A stretch of 62,947 nt of DNA, the filler included, from Nemertoderma westbladi (taxonomy: Eukaryota; Animalia; Xenacoelomorpha): the NCBI GenBank assembly GCA_032718475.1. It is 3 parts of 3 records of this genome, joined end to end, with 100 filler letters (N's around TTAATTAATTAA, not from the genome) between each part and the next. Parts side by side here need not be neighbours in the genome. Positions count along the whole stretch, not along the records: positions 26,817 to 54,243 come from JAUCBJ010007934.1; 2 more parts are not named here. One strand, 5' to 3'. Positions within the stretch are counted from its first letter, which is position 1; each line of letters opens with the position of its first letter. The notes under the pieces are model-generated. The model saw only the letters and a program-made list of their open reading frames with translations. It was not told the DNA's origin and did not search any database. This document shows positions 26,817-38,635 of the stretch, piece after piece. A program made the position numbers and the translations under genes.

Positions 26817-29305
26817 GTGGTAGAAACTTTAAATCGTGCGTCGGATCTTCTGGTTTTACCATATAGTATTGAGTCAGATTAACGTAATAAGGGTGATCTT
26901 TAATTCCATAAAAAGAGTTCTGTAAAGGTCTAGCGCGTATGTTGACATCGTGTACCATACGACGGACAAGATCCGCTCGATTGTCGTGTCAACGAGTATA
27001 CCGTCAACTCGAGCGTGACCCACCACCCGCGGAGCGACCAGTTCCGCGTCCACTACCTTGGCCAGGGCGGCAGCGGACCCGTAGATCCCAGCAAAAGTGG
27101 CATCTGCATCTTGGCGCTCCCTCTCCAGCTCGCTGCGGATGGCATCCAACCGTCGGTAGGCATCCCCCAAGTGTATGGTAGGGTTTTGTAGTGCCTGGCT
27201 GACGCCCACCGTCTTGGCCATAATATGGTTGGCCACTGCCAGACTCACGAGGAATGCTGGCCTCCGGATCGACGCGAGTAGGCCACAAGCATCTGCTGCC
27301 ACGTCAGCATCACCATGCGCTATGTAGTGCTCGAGTACAGCAACAGTGGCGGGCAGCAGCTCGACGAACGTTGAGACGGCATCATGCCGCTGCACCCAAC
27401 GGGTTGGGCACAACTGCAAAAGTCGACGGCGCTTGTGAGCCTGGTCATCTCCCTTATAAGCCGCCGCCACTTCCTCTTCCAATCGACGCACACGTTTGCT
27501 TGATCCAAGCAGAAATGTCGCAACACTTGATAAAGCCCCGAACATAACCGCAAACTCCCGGATTTTACAACTGGCCGACAGTGCGAGGTTGAGCCTGTGG
27601 CTGGCGCAGTGTACAAATGTTGCGAGGGGCTGTATACGACAAATGTTTGCCTGGCAGCCATTATATATTCCTGACATGGCTGCGGCACCATCGTAACCCT
27701 GCCCGCGGCATTGTTCGAGGGAGAGGCCCATGCCTTCAATATGTCGTTGGACCTGATTGGCAAGCGAGGCACCTGTTAAATTCTCTGCTTCGAAAAATCC
27801 CGTGAAGATTTCCTCGATCTCCCCGACTAGACTGACGATCCGGAGGCTAACCGATACCTGTGATATCCTCCCTGCATCAGTTGTTTCGTCAACAAGAGTC
27901 GAGAAGAACCCTGCTTCTTTAATTTGCTGGGACAGCTTCTCTTTAATGACCTCGCCAGAACATTCTATCAGGTCGTTCTGAATCGTATTTGAAATGTACT
28001 TTGCATTACCCGGCGCGTGCTCCAGCATCGAGGCAAGGGTTTTGTCCCCAGCATCCACTCGGAATCGAAGCAGATTCCTGAATAAACCCTCTTCCGTACC
28101 CGTGGTCTCTATTTCTTTCCTCTCAGCAATACCGACACGACCGTAGTCCCGGTGTCCACGGAGAGGAAGATTATTCCGCCCACAGAACAGAACAGTCTTT
28201 ATGATGGGGGACAGCTTGGCGCGGTTCGCAGCAATGACGGCAGCGTTGGTACCTTCAATCAATGATTCAACATTCCTCTCAGGATGATGGAATCCCCCCG
28301 TGAATCCACTAGCCCTGGTCATTGCCGTGACATGGGCGGCAGCGCGGTCATGTGCTGCGAGCACCTCAGTTGCCTTTTTAAACTTCGTCAATGGAACGGC
28401 AACCAGTTGGCGTACGGGTTGCATTTGCCGTCCCCCCGCCACCCCAACTCTTTCGGCGAAGAGCAGGCACGCCGCACAGAGGCCGCCTTGCAGGCGACGG
28501 CTGTATCCCAGCCAAGGATATAGATCCAACCAGCGAGACTGGAAGCGGCGGCCTTCAACGATAGGGAAGTTAAAACCAACAGGCGGCCTCCACTTGTTGG
28601 TCCAGAGCAGATATTTCTGGCCGTCGTTCAACCGACGATGTCCGCCATCCTGACACACCGCCAAATCATCAACAAGGTCCATCTTGGGGTGCTGGTGCTA
28701 GAGGGAGAGCAGCAGTGTCTTCATCAACACCAACCGGGACGGGAGGAGGAACTGGTGTTGGTACTGGATCTTCCAAACAAGATCTTTCCTAGAAGAAGAG
28801 CCAAAAAAGTCCGTAATTCTCTTCATTATTGATTATCGGATTATGATTATTATACTGACTGTATTTGACAGTGAAATACCGGTATAATCTGTTAATATAA
28901 TTTCAATACCTACTGCAGTACTGTATAACAATATAAGCCTATGGTTAATGTCATGCCAGCATGCTGATAGACAGATAGCAGGATAGTGATATGCGCGTTT
29001 TAAAGAAACACTAAACTTGAAAAGAATATACCTACCTGCTACCGGTACCGTATGAATTAGGCCTACCTCAGTACCCAGTACTCTTAAAGAATTATGTATG
29101 GAGTAAGGAGGGTAATGCAGTAATGAGTAGGCCTAATCCTAATGCCTAATGCAGTAATGTATTAGCCTAGTTACAATGAAATAATGGCGTTTAAATTACA
29201 TATATTTGGGGTTTGCCAGGGGGGGGGGGGGGGCAAGCCCGGCCCAAAATGCCTGGGGGGGGGGGGCAGATGCCCCCTTGCCCCCCCCCCCTAGAACCGC
29301 CACTG
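26817..29305 (-). mobile_element. hAT DNA transposon, 5' end present, 3' end lost in gap
   Basis: Minus-strand terminus CAGTGGCGGTTCTAG at 29305, followed by G/C-run subterminal palindromes typical of hAT elements. It abuts LINE coding sequence at 29306 and contains a transposase ORF. Confidence 0.88.
26874..28682 (-). CDS. hAT transposase (ZMYM1/THAP12-P52rIPK-like, DUF4371 type), C-terminus disrupted
   Basis: TTF-type zinc-finger region (RRFQSRWLDLYPWLGYS...CAACLLF), LPLRGHRD, YISNTIQNDLI, FSTLVDETTD, GQGYDGAAAMSG, HCASHRLNL, CPTRW. An in-frame upstream MKRITDFF start at 28826 is separated from the ORF by a TAG. Confidence 0.9.
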   Translation of the reverse strand: MDLVDDLAVCQDGGHRRLNDGQKYLLWTNKWRPPVGFNFPIVEGRRFQSRWLDLYPWLGYSRRLQGGLCAACLLFAERVGVAGGRQMQPVRQLVAVPLTKFKKATEVLAAHDRAAAHVTAMTRASGFTGGFHHPERNVESLIEGTNAAVIAANRAKLSPIIKTVLFCGRNNLPLRGHRDYGRVGIAERKEIETTGTEEGLFRNLLRFRVDAGDKTLASMLEHAPGNAKYISNTIQNDLIECSGEVIKEKLSQQIKEAGFFSTLVDETTDAGRISQVSVSLRIVSLVGEIEEIFTGFFEAENLTGASLANQVQRHIEGMGLSLEQCRGQGYDGAAAMSGIYNGCQANICRIQPLATFVHCASHRLNLALSASCKIREFAVMFGALSSVATFLLGSSKRVRRLEEEVAAAYKGDDQAHKRRRLLQLCPTRWVQRHDAVSTFVELLPATVAVLEHYIAHGDADVAADACGLLASIRRPAFLVSLAVANHIMAKTVGVSQALQNPTIHLGDAYRRLDAIRSELERERQDADATFAGIYGSAAALAKVVDAELVAPRVVGHARVDGILVDTTIERILSVVWYTMSTYALDLYRTLFMELKITLITLI

Positions 29306-29501
29306 GAAACAGGGGACTTCACACCTGCCGAACTCCAAAGAAGCATTAAAAGAATGTCCAATAATAAAGCGAGTGGATTGGATGAAATCCCAGTGGAGGT
29401 ATGGAAAACAGGAGTGCTAAACAGACCATTATTTAATGTTTGCAACCTGATGTTAAAAGAGGAAAAGCCACCACCAATTTGGACTAAAGGTCAACTAAAC
29501 T

Positions 29502-30335
29502 AGGATCGGCATGCTGCATTGCAGCTGCATTTTTAAGAATGCTGTGCCGGCCTGTCGACAAAATTGCGCCATCACAACTCCCTATCACCCATGACATTTG
29601 CTAGATCATCCGCATCTTCAAGGCCAGTGGCCTTTAAGATGCGTCTCAAGAAAGTCATGGGCTGTCCACCATGCTTATTCACTCCATGAGGCTGCCAAAG
29701 TACAAGATTATGCACTGGCTGGTCCTCATGGCGAAAGCAATGTTCTGTAAAGTGGAGGAGATTTTGTTCTAGTGTCAAGCTTGGGGGAACCAATGAGACA
29801 CCTCAATGTTATATAGTGTCTGGTTGGTGATGTGAGCATTGTACTTGACACAACGAACCTGGTGTAGCATTCTGTTGAATGTGCCATCCAGAGATTTGGT
29901 GTCCTCAGCAGTTAGAGCCCAGCATGGACTCCCATAGAGGAGTACTGGAACTACAGCTGCTCTAAATAATTGGACCTTAAGTTTCCGATTAATTCTCTTG
30001 TCCAATGCTGCATGTGCAGTTGGATTCATCAATAGACCAATTCCACCATTGCCACTATCATCTGTTGATGCGAAGGAAAGTCGCCAACCATCCCCCATGT
30101 CCTTAATCAGAACCTCATCAGTCTGTCCAGTCTGCATTCGGTGCTCTTGAACATGCACTGCGCTAAGAGAAAGCTTATCTGCCAAGGCAGTCAGCTCAAC
30201 TTGTCGCATTGGGGACCCGAGTGTTAGGGTGTTTACTGAGGCCAGTCACTAGTGACTTGCCTCAGATCCACCAATGGCTTTGTTGGTCGGGGTGGAACAT
30301 GAGAGTAGCCTCCAACTCCAGAATCTTCAAAACTC
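29502..30335 (-). mobile_element. Internally deleted (bipartite) LINE derivative inserted antisense
   Basis: APE endonuclease N-terminus (AVHVQEHR...GGIGLLM) is joined in frame to a LINE C-terminus (KLKVQLFRAAVVPVLLYGSPCW...HCFRH...LVLWQP). Confidence 0.75.
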
Positions 30336-30406
30336 GAGGAGGCCTCGGTATACCAACAAACTATCGTGGGATCGATCTGTCTGCTTGTGGTAGCTGCCAA
30401 AATATA

Positions 30407-32245
30407 CAGGGTGTTCCACAAAATTTGACACGTTTTTGTTTTTTAATAACTTTGCGCGATCTCAACCTAATTTCCTAGTTTTGGTGGCAATCGGAAGCCG
30501 AAAGATAAACTTATACTTTGGTTTGGGTATGGCATGTTTTAGTTGCTATGGAAACTTAATGTTGCTATATAAAACAAGAGTTTGATTATCCACTTAATTT
30601 TACTATAAATATAAAGGTATAAAACTGCACATATTAGTGAAATAATGAAACATATAGGTAGTGGGCTAAAATAGTTTAATATTGGGTAAGTTTACAATGA
30701 GTTTACTACTACTTTATACTAATTTAATTTAATTAATTATAATAATTTACTACTAATACACTTCAATATGTCCTCCTCCAATATGCTGGACGTGATCCAG
30801 TCTTCTGCGCATCTCCTTGAAGCAATTAGCGAAGTAATCTTGGGACAATGAACTAAAGGCATCCCGAATTGCCGTCTTCAGTTCCTCAACATTTTGAAGA
30901 TTCTGGGCGTACACTAGATTCTTCACATGCCCCCATAGACTAAAATCCAAGGGAGTCATGTCTGGTGATCGTGGCAGCCACTTTACAGGAGCATCTCGAC
31001 CGATCCATCGTCCCTGAAAGTTTTCATTGAGAAACTCTCTTACCAATAAGCCCCAGTGGGGTGGTGCACCGTCTTGTTGGAAGATTGCCGTGGAGAGATT
31101 TGATAACTGGGGAACAAAGTAGTCCTTTAGCAAGTCTAGGTAAGAGAACCTGTTTACAGTAGAATGGGGGAAGAAATTAGTTTGGTTTCGGACATCGCAG
31201 CCCACACTGTAACCTTTGGGGTTTCCCTAAACTTTTCTAAAATTTTATGAGGATTCTCCTTTCCCCAAATCCTACAATTCCATCTGTTTACTTGGCCGTT
31301 GATATGAAAAGTTGCCTCGTCGCTGAAGAACACGTTACTCACGGTACTCTGCTATTTTAGAAGCGGCTTCTACTCGTGTTGAATAATCTGAGGATTGTAG
31401 TCCATGAATGACTTGGAGTTTGTAAGCTCTAAAGTGGAGATTCTTTGCAGTCCTATGCAAACATCCAAGACTAACATTTAGAGCCAATGATGTTCTACGT
31501 AATGAGGTTTCTGGGTGTGCGGTTAAATATTGGCCAATATTATTAACAACATTTTTACTAAGGGGCAGTCTACCGGAACCTTTCTTACGCAAAAGCGTTT
31601 TTTCGTTTCGAAATTTAATGACAATCCTAGATATGTCTTTCCTTGTAGGTCGCCTTTCTCCAGGATATTTATGGGAATACTGTAGTGATACAAGTTTTGC
31701 AGATTTCAGCTCAAAAAACTTACTTATGATGAAAACTTTCTGATCTCCAGAAAACATATTAGTTATTAAATTGACATCTAAATGTAACCAAAAAAGTTTA
31801 TATGCCGTAATTATGTAGTGACTGTAGGCCAAACCATGAAGACATCAATAACAGGAGACAACCAATATGCAACACATGTACCAATATGTAACAAATGCAC
31901 AATTAAAACACACTTAAAGCTACAGATAGTGATGATGTTGTCTAGAATAAATAAATTTAGATTGTTACTATGACTTCACTAATACTTAATTTATATCAAT
32001 ATTTAAACTTTGTCTTATATTCAACATCTCCCTCATAAATTATCTGAGAACATTTCATACTATTTTTCAGAATAAGTGTTAGTGTGAATAATGTATGTTA
32101 CCATAGCAACTAAAATATTCCATACCCAAACCAAAGTTTAAGTTTATCTTTTGGCTTCAAATTGCCACCAAAACTAGGAAATTAGGTTGAGATCGCGCAA
32201 AGTTATTAAAAAACAAAAACGTGTCAAATTTTGTGGAACACCCTG
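30407..32245 (-). mobile_element. Tc1/mariner DD41D (rosa/Visitor) transposon, complete ends
   Basis: TIRs of ~150 bp starting CAGGGTGTTCCACAAAATTTGACACG. TA target duplication at 30405-30406 and 32246-32247. Confidence 0.95.
30753..31757 (-). pseudogene. DD41D transposase, two frameshifts
   Basis: HTH region, FFSDEATF, FQQDGAPPH, then 41 residues to SPDMTPLD. Split over three ORFs. Confidence 0.9.
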
Positions 32246-32564
32246 TACAATAAAATGATTCTATATAGATAATAATAGAGAAACTACTGCGTAAGAGCCA
32301 AAACGGATTTCGACCAAATCGATCAACAATAGCTCAGATAATTGCACTACGGAGACTGATTGAAGGAATTAAGTCAAAGGATTGTTATATTGTGACACAG
32401 AAGCACAGGTACTCTCACCAGATGGTGAAACTGAGTTTTTCTCAATCCTGTCTGGTGTACTGCAAGGTGACACATTAGCACTATTACTATTTGTAATTGT
32501 ACTGGATTACGCAATGAGGATGGCCACAAAGGGTGAAGATCTGGGATTCATACTTCAAGAACGC

Positions 32565-32842
32565 CTATGTTCCACCTTGGTGTAGTGGTTGCATAGAATT
32601 CACATCTCCTGTAGGTCGTGGGTTCGATCCTCACATGGGCCAGGGCAGTTTTCGTTTCGGCACGAATGCTTTAAAGGGACCAGCCAGGGCGCATCTCTGC
32701 CTTGCATCCTTAAGTGGTAGCTAAATGAGTACTAGAGTTTCCTCTGGGGAGTAAAGTTCTGGGGGGACCGCACTGGAAATAAGTCGGCAGACTTTGTGCG
32801 TAATCCCTGGCCTAGTGGCCGAAGAAAATTTACTTTTTTTTT
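32565..32842 (+). mobile_element. tRNA-derived SINE (second family) inserted in the LINE RT
   Basis: A box TGGTGTAGTGG, B box GGTTCGATCC, core GCTAAATGAGTAC, T-rich tail. Flanked by AACGC duplication (32560-32564 and 32843-32847). Removing it restores LQERRSSRYP. Confidence 0.85.
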
Positions 32843-34193
32843 AACGCAGAAGTAGTAGATATCCAGCAACTATAGTCACAGACACTGACTTTGCGGATGA
32901 CATCGCCCTGCTCTCTAATACACTAGCAGATGCACAGCTTCTACTAAATAAAGTGGAGAGGGCTGCTAAGAAGGTTGGATTGCATATAAATGCTACCAAG
33001 ACTGCATTCATGACTTTTAATGTTGGTGGAAACTTGACAACCATTGTTAATAATCAACTAAGGAATGTCGGTGACTTCCAGTACCTTGGAACATGGATAG
33101 AGAATAGCAAAAAGGACATAAAAGTTAGGAAAGCAAAGGCTTGGGTAGCCCTATCAAAAATGGATACCATCTGGAAATCATATCTCTCCAGGCACCTGAA
33201 GACTAAGTTGTGGAAAGTGTATTTTTATATGGGGGTAAGACCTGGACACTGACTAAATCACTTGAACAACGAATTGGTGGTTGCGATACAAGACTACTAA
33301 GGTCAGCCCTAAACATCAGCTGGAGACAACACATGACAAACGCCGACCTTTATGGTACAATGCCACCTGTATCAACCACCCTCTGTGAACGCAGATTAAG
33401 ATTTAGTGGGCACTGCTGGAGAAGTAAAGACAAGGTCATACCAGATCTACTTTTCTGGCAAACAACTCATGGAAAGCGTAGTCATGGACAACCAGCCATA
33501 ACATATATGGATCAACTTGAGAGGGATACTGAACTTGGGAGAAACGAAATTGCGACAGCTATGGAGAATCGGGAAGCCTGGAAGGATCTCATTTCCACTG
33601 TCCAAGTTAGCTCGACCTAGTAGTAGTAGTAGTAGTAAACTTAAACTGAACTTGGTAAATATGTAGGCTATTACAAGATTCTATACACAAACAGAAATTC
33701 TACACATACCAACAGAGGCTTCTAGTTCCACTGTCGACCACTAGCTTCTCAGTATTATTTATCCGTTTCGTGGAATTTATCCGTTTATGATACCACGGTG
33801 CAACAATATTATTGAATCTAATATGAATAAAATCTAAGTGAGTCGTATTATAATCTCAATAAACATTTTATATTAATTATAACTGCGAAGGGTAATTTAA
33901 GATGTTCATCCCAGCTACACTAATACTGTTATAACCACAAATAATAATAAAATAATTTATTAATAACAAGTTGAACCAAAATTAAATAACTAGGTACCAT
34001 AACAATTAAATATTTATATTGTATAGCCTACAGTATGTGACTGATTATGTTGGATATACAGATATACTACAGCACATCGGCCTACACTAAATATTGTATC
34101 TTAACATAACTGCGTATCAAGGACTACTATACTGAGTAGTCAGTATATAGTATAGTAGTGTCCTTGCTGTGTATAATAAATTAGAAATAAACT

Positions 34194-34352
34194 GCTAAAT
34201 CCCAGAATGCCTTTAGGGAACTCTTAAGGATTTATACTACAGTTCCCCTAAAGCACTAAGGCATTTACCCTGGATGCAATTATTTAGGTACCTCTACCTG
34301 GAAAAAGCCAATGTGTCTTTTGGGAACTATTCGTGTGACTTAGCCACACGTC
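34194..34352. mobile_element. Short non-autonomous dispersed element, copy 2
   Basis: Matches 1753-1913 with few differences. Confidence 0.6.
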
Positions 34353-34957
34353 CTACAAACTGAAAAGATTTTTTTACATATATGGCCTACAGTACAACCT
34401 ATAATAGGGTCTTTTTTGATATTAAATATATTTTAAACCACAATAAATATAGTTACAGTAGCAAGTAGAGTAGACCCATGCCATACCATAACCGTCCCTG
34501 CAATACTAAAATACGGTATGAGTGGTCGTGGTACAGTCTGACAGTAGTATAAATACAGTCTTGCTAGTTGCTATGGAATTACATTAGGCCTACTGCTTAG
34601 TATTATTAGCTTTAGTACCAGTATGCAGTATTGGTCGACATCCAGTCAGCCTTCATTTGTGCAAGCTTGCATGGCCTTCTGTTATAGTATGCCTTGCTCC
34701 ACATAGATACTTACTGAACATCAATCTTTTACTTCTATTACTTGCATAATAAAGCCAGTCTACAAATTAATTAATTAATACAAAAAATTATGAAATAAAA
34801 GGTTCTTTACGGGGGTCACTGTAATACAAAAAATTATGAAATAAAAGGTTCTTTACGGGGGTCACAAGTGATTATATTTATCCCATGAAATGAAGGTTTC
34901 ATTATATCAATTAGAATTATGACGAAGTTCTGAGACGAATGAGTGAGCACTTAATTA

Positions 34958-35005
34958 CACCATGTCCTGGAATATATATAGTGTCGTTATTCAGGTACAT
35001 TCCAC

Positions 35006-35036
<31 letters not shown>

Positions 35037-35776
35037 AAATTTTTTTCTACAAATCTTAATGAGATTGAATGCAATTTGAAACAGAGATAGTTTCATCTCC
35101 CTCCTCCTCCGTGGGTGAGCCAGAATTTTTATTTTTGCTTTCAATCTTTAGCTACAAGCTTATAAAAAAAGTGTCTCCGTCGATATTACACCAGTTACAC
35201 CGCAGTTATTCTTCAAACATTTAGTGATTTGTTGGTACTAGTGGAAAGCTGACCGTGCAAGGATTTCAAATATGTAAAAATATTTGAATTTGGTTGGGAA
35301 ATAGCTGAGATATGGGCATTCAAATTTTGCATGTATTTGCTTCCGCTGCAGGCCATTTATTCTATTAAATAAATACACAATGTTCTAGAACATTTTGTTT
35401 AATGCACGGTCAGCTTTCTACTGGTACCAACAAATCACTGAATGTTTGAAGTATAACTGCGGTGTAACTGGTGCAATATCGACGGAGACACTTTTTTTTT
35501 AAAACTTGCAGCTAAAGATTGAAAGCAAAAATAAAAATTCTGGCTCACCCAGGCAGTGGTCGGGAGGTGAAACTATCTCTGTTTCAAATTTTATGCAATC
35601 TCATTAAGATTTGTAGAAAAATTTGGGGGGGGGGGGGGGTGCGTGTCACTGAATTACGTATGACACTATATTCTGGGACATGGTGTAAATACAGATATAT
35701 TTATAGAGATATTTTTTTTTTTTGGGGGGGGGGGGGCATGTACCTGAATAACGACACTATATTCCAGGACATGGTG
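34958..35776. mobile_element. Foldback MITE with ~300-bp arms (Tc1/mariner-derived) and duplicated right terminus
   Basis: 34958-35259 is the reverse complement of 35403-35685. Termini CACCATGTCC/GGACATGGTG are flanked by TA. A second right end lies at 35776. Confidence 0.88.
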
Positions 35777-36274
35777 TATATATAATAAGATTTTTTGATT
35801 TTTATAACCCCCAAAGTGGAATATTTATTTTCTTTCATCAGTAATATAATAATTTATTATTACATTTGCAATTGACCTGTTTCGCTGTTTGACCATTCAT
35901 GGTTACAAACTGATAGATCTATACATATCTATTGTTATGATTCTTCTTTTGGATATATTAAAGTCAATTTTATGCAATGTATTATTGCTCAACGGTGAAT
36001 TTATTAGTAAAATGATTAATGCCAATGCTTGGCATTATGGCATTAGCATTATACAAACGAACTACTCTTAGGTGCGTAAACGCAAACATGTCGCAAAAGT
36101 TCAGTTTGGAGTGATGCAATTTGCAATGAGTCTGGTGACTGTTTCCATTGAGCTATGGGAACAGTTTTAGGTAAAAACTTCAGGATAATGTGCTGTTATT
36201 TAAAATATACATACACTGTACAGTAGTTTACAAAAAGTATTACATCGATTCACCCATTTCTTTTTTTATTACAG

Positions 36275-36766
36275 GTTCAAACAGCAGTGTTAAATCCGAA
36301 TGGAGAGAAGCCTAACAATCCCTCAGGACACCCTATCTATTACGCACAATCTAACATTTTGGAAGAAGTGCCCAAGGTGTTCTGGGTTCTAGGAATAATA
36401 TACCTTTGGATCCAGCTGATATGCATAGGCCTTCTAGTAGAACCTGAAACCAGAGCGACAGGTACACAATCTCTCACTGATAGCTTTTCAGATGCTGAAA
36501 CAGCCTGGCATTTGTCTCCAAGAATGGTTTTACAGCAAAAAGGATTTTTCGTCATGTGGCTCATTTGTTCGTTGATGGCTTTTGTTTGGGTATTTCTGTC
36601 TCAGTTGATTGGTCCCCAATTCTGTGGTGCTGCTGATTTACCCTTCTTCGATCCTGTAAACTTGTACGTTGCGCTTCCTGCTTGTGTTGGTCGACTATTT
36701 TGGGGGTTCCTAAGCGATGTGCTTACGTTTAAGACAGAACTATTTATACTTGGAGTATTACAGTCT
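36275..36766 (+). CDS. Internal exon of an oxalate:formate antiporter-like MFS transporter (about TM5 end to TM9)
   Basis: Polypyrimidine ACAG acceptor, 164 open codons, TCT|GTAAGT donor. VQTAVLNPNGEKP...YYAQSNILEEVPKVFWVLGIIY...LLVEP...LSPRMVLQQKGFFVMW...GRLFWGFLSD matches this family's motifs. Confidence 0.85.
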
Positions 36767-36819
36767 GTAAGTTACTTATTTTATTTCATTTAAATGTGTG
36801 GTTTTAACATAGTCATTGG

Positions 36820-38190
36820 GCAAGTTGATGATGATAGGCTTGTACTAAGGCGTAGTGCTGGTGGACCCAGCAACATGTTATCATCAGCCATACACTTTCC
36901 TAGTTCATCCCTATTCTCAAATCTTGTGTCTTTGAGGAGGCATTTGATTTGATGAATGTCATTGTCTGTCCACCCCGTTATTCTCATCAGTAGGCTGTCA
37001 CAGTATACTTGTATATGTTGATCCTGCCAGTGGAAACAGCACTCGGAAAAAATTCAGGTAGCATCTCTGCAGGGTTACCCTGTGTCTTGGCAATGAGATG
37101 CCTTAGTTGTATAAAACATCATTGCTTGTATCCATTACAAAGCTGATGTTGTGCACCCTGTGCAGCATCCTGGTATATGTACCATAGACCTGGTGTCAGC
37201 TAGAGCCTAGTATAGGGTGCCATAGAACATCGCAACCACCACTGCTGCATGAAAAATGCATACCTTTAAATAGCATTAGATATCATAGCTCTTCCAGATT
37301 GTGGTTAACTTGTGGATGGCAGTCCAGCATATCCATTTGTGTATTCACTATTAATTTGTGAATTCGGAGATTTTCACCAGACCTCCAAACCCATGATCAA
37401 AGGTTGCAGAAGTCATTCATATAACTTACCAGTCCATCCAGTGATTGAATGTTATCACAATAAATTTTCATCTGCTGAGTCCATGTTTACTTTGAGAATT
37501 TTCTCCTTGTGCTATTCACAATTAGGAAACACTTAAGCAGCCTCCTCTACGCTAGGTAACAGCTTCTGTGGTCCCCCCAATGTTACCAGGATCACCAGGA
37601 AAATCTATATCGTTTAGATGTTATGCTGGGGACCCACAACTATGATTACCTGATGGTACGCCATCAGCTCTATGAATATTGAGAGTTGTCTGCAGCACAT
37701 TGTTCAACACAACAATTAAGAGGATTGGTGTTAATGTGTCTCCTTGAAAGACACCCAAGAAAACCTCAAATGGTTTTGTATCTATATTAGTAGTGGATAC
37801 AAAGTTCATAGAATCGTTCTTAACTGATTTGATTACATTATTGATTTCAGTGGAAATCCAATATGCTTGAAGAATTTGGAACATGCATGGGAATGACACA
37901 GAATTGAAGACCTTGAAGAAATCAACACATATGACAGCCAAAATGTCTGATCAGGTTGATTACTTTTACATCTGTTGTTAAGTTGCCCTTCTATAGGGCA
38001 TGGATCAACATGGGATTTCATTTTATGAGGGACATTCTTTGTCCTTTACATGTCTACAATAATGGGTTGAATGAGCTCCAAACACTCAGGGATCTGTCAT
38101 CAACATTGTTAATGCCACCAACCTGCTTTTGGATAAGATACTTCAGATTATCAGAGTACTTCCTGCTAAGGGACATTAATAGTGGTCAAT
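36820..38190 (-). mobile_element. Highly degraded RTE-like LINE in intron
   Basis: VDFFKVFNSV...GVFQGDTLTPILL RT motifs with many stops and frameshifts. C-terminal remnants near 36850-37250. Boundaries approximate. Confidence 0.7.
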
Positions 38191-38635
38191 GATTGCCAAT
38201 GGATAATAATAAGGGGGATGGCGATGCTTGCCCTCACACTTTATTAGATATTGGGTGATTAGCTGAAAAACACTACCTTGGGAAACTGAATTCCGCTCAA
38301 AGTAGTGCTGCTCTGTAAACATTTTCATTAATTGTAGGATATGAACTTATGGTTGCCTATTGAGATATTTTTATATTTGTTGCTGATGGTGGGTGCGAAT
38401 GATTATGGGGTGGGATTGGGAATATGCTAGGTACCGGCAGCCATGTAATAATATAAGTTTCCTTGATATAATATCATATATTTTATCCTTGTGTCCCTGA
38501 TTAATGTTTTTGTCACTCATTAATGTTGGTGCCTATTAAATTCGAAGTATTTGCTTTACGTATTATCCATATTATAATGTTTGATTATTATTATATTATA
38601 TTATAGCAAGCTACTAAACTTTACGGTACCCATCA

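Larger units (their letters stand above)
29306..33637 (+). mobile_element. Degenerate RTE-like LINE (RT to 3' end) fragmented by nested insertions
   Basis: Collinear pieces: KASGLDEIP..WTKG (29306-29500), NYRGI..AAKIY (30336-30406), NKMIL..QNGFRPNRST..GVLQGDTLA (32246-32564), FADDIALL..FQYLGT..LYGGKTW (32843-33620). Ends in a (TAG)n tail. Confidence 0.9.

Noticed and set aside
26939-28832. Many short overlapping ORFs around the hAT transposase
   Set aside because: These are GC-rich antisense or alternative-frame shadows with no motifs.
33745-33840. Missing MFS exon 2 (IIYPFRGIYPFMI resembles the TM1 continuation)
   Set aside because: Acceptor phases do not match the phase-1 donor, and the resemblance comes from an 18-bp tandem duplication.
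34777-34865. ~42-bp exact tandem duplication
   Set aside because: It is an ordinary local duplication with no further structure.
34917-35785. Paired ORFs MKAKIKILAHP on opposite strands
   Set aside because: They are mirror translations of MITE arms with TTG starts.
36072-36170. Additional MFS exon (VRKRKHVAK...) between TAG|GT and TAG|GTAAAA
   Set aside because: All three frames contain a stop, including TAG right at the donor. It cannot be supported without transcripts.
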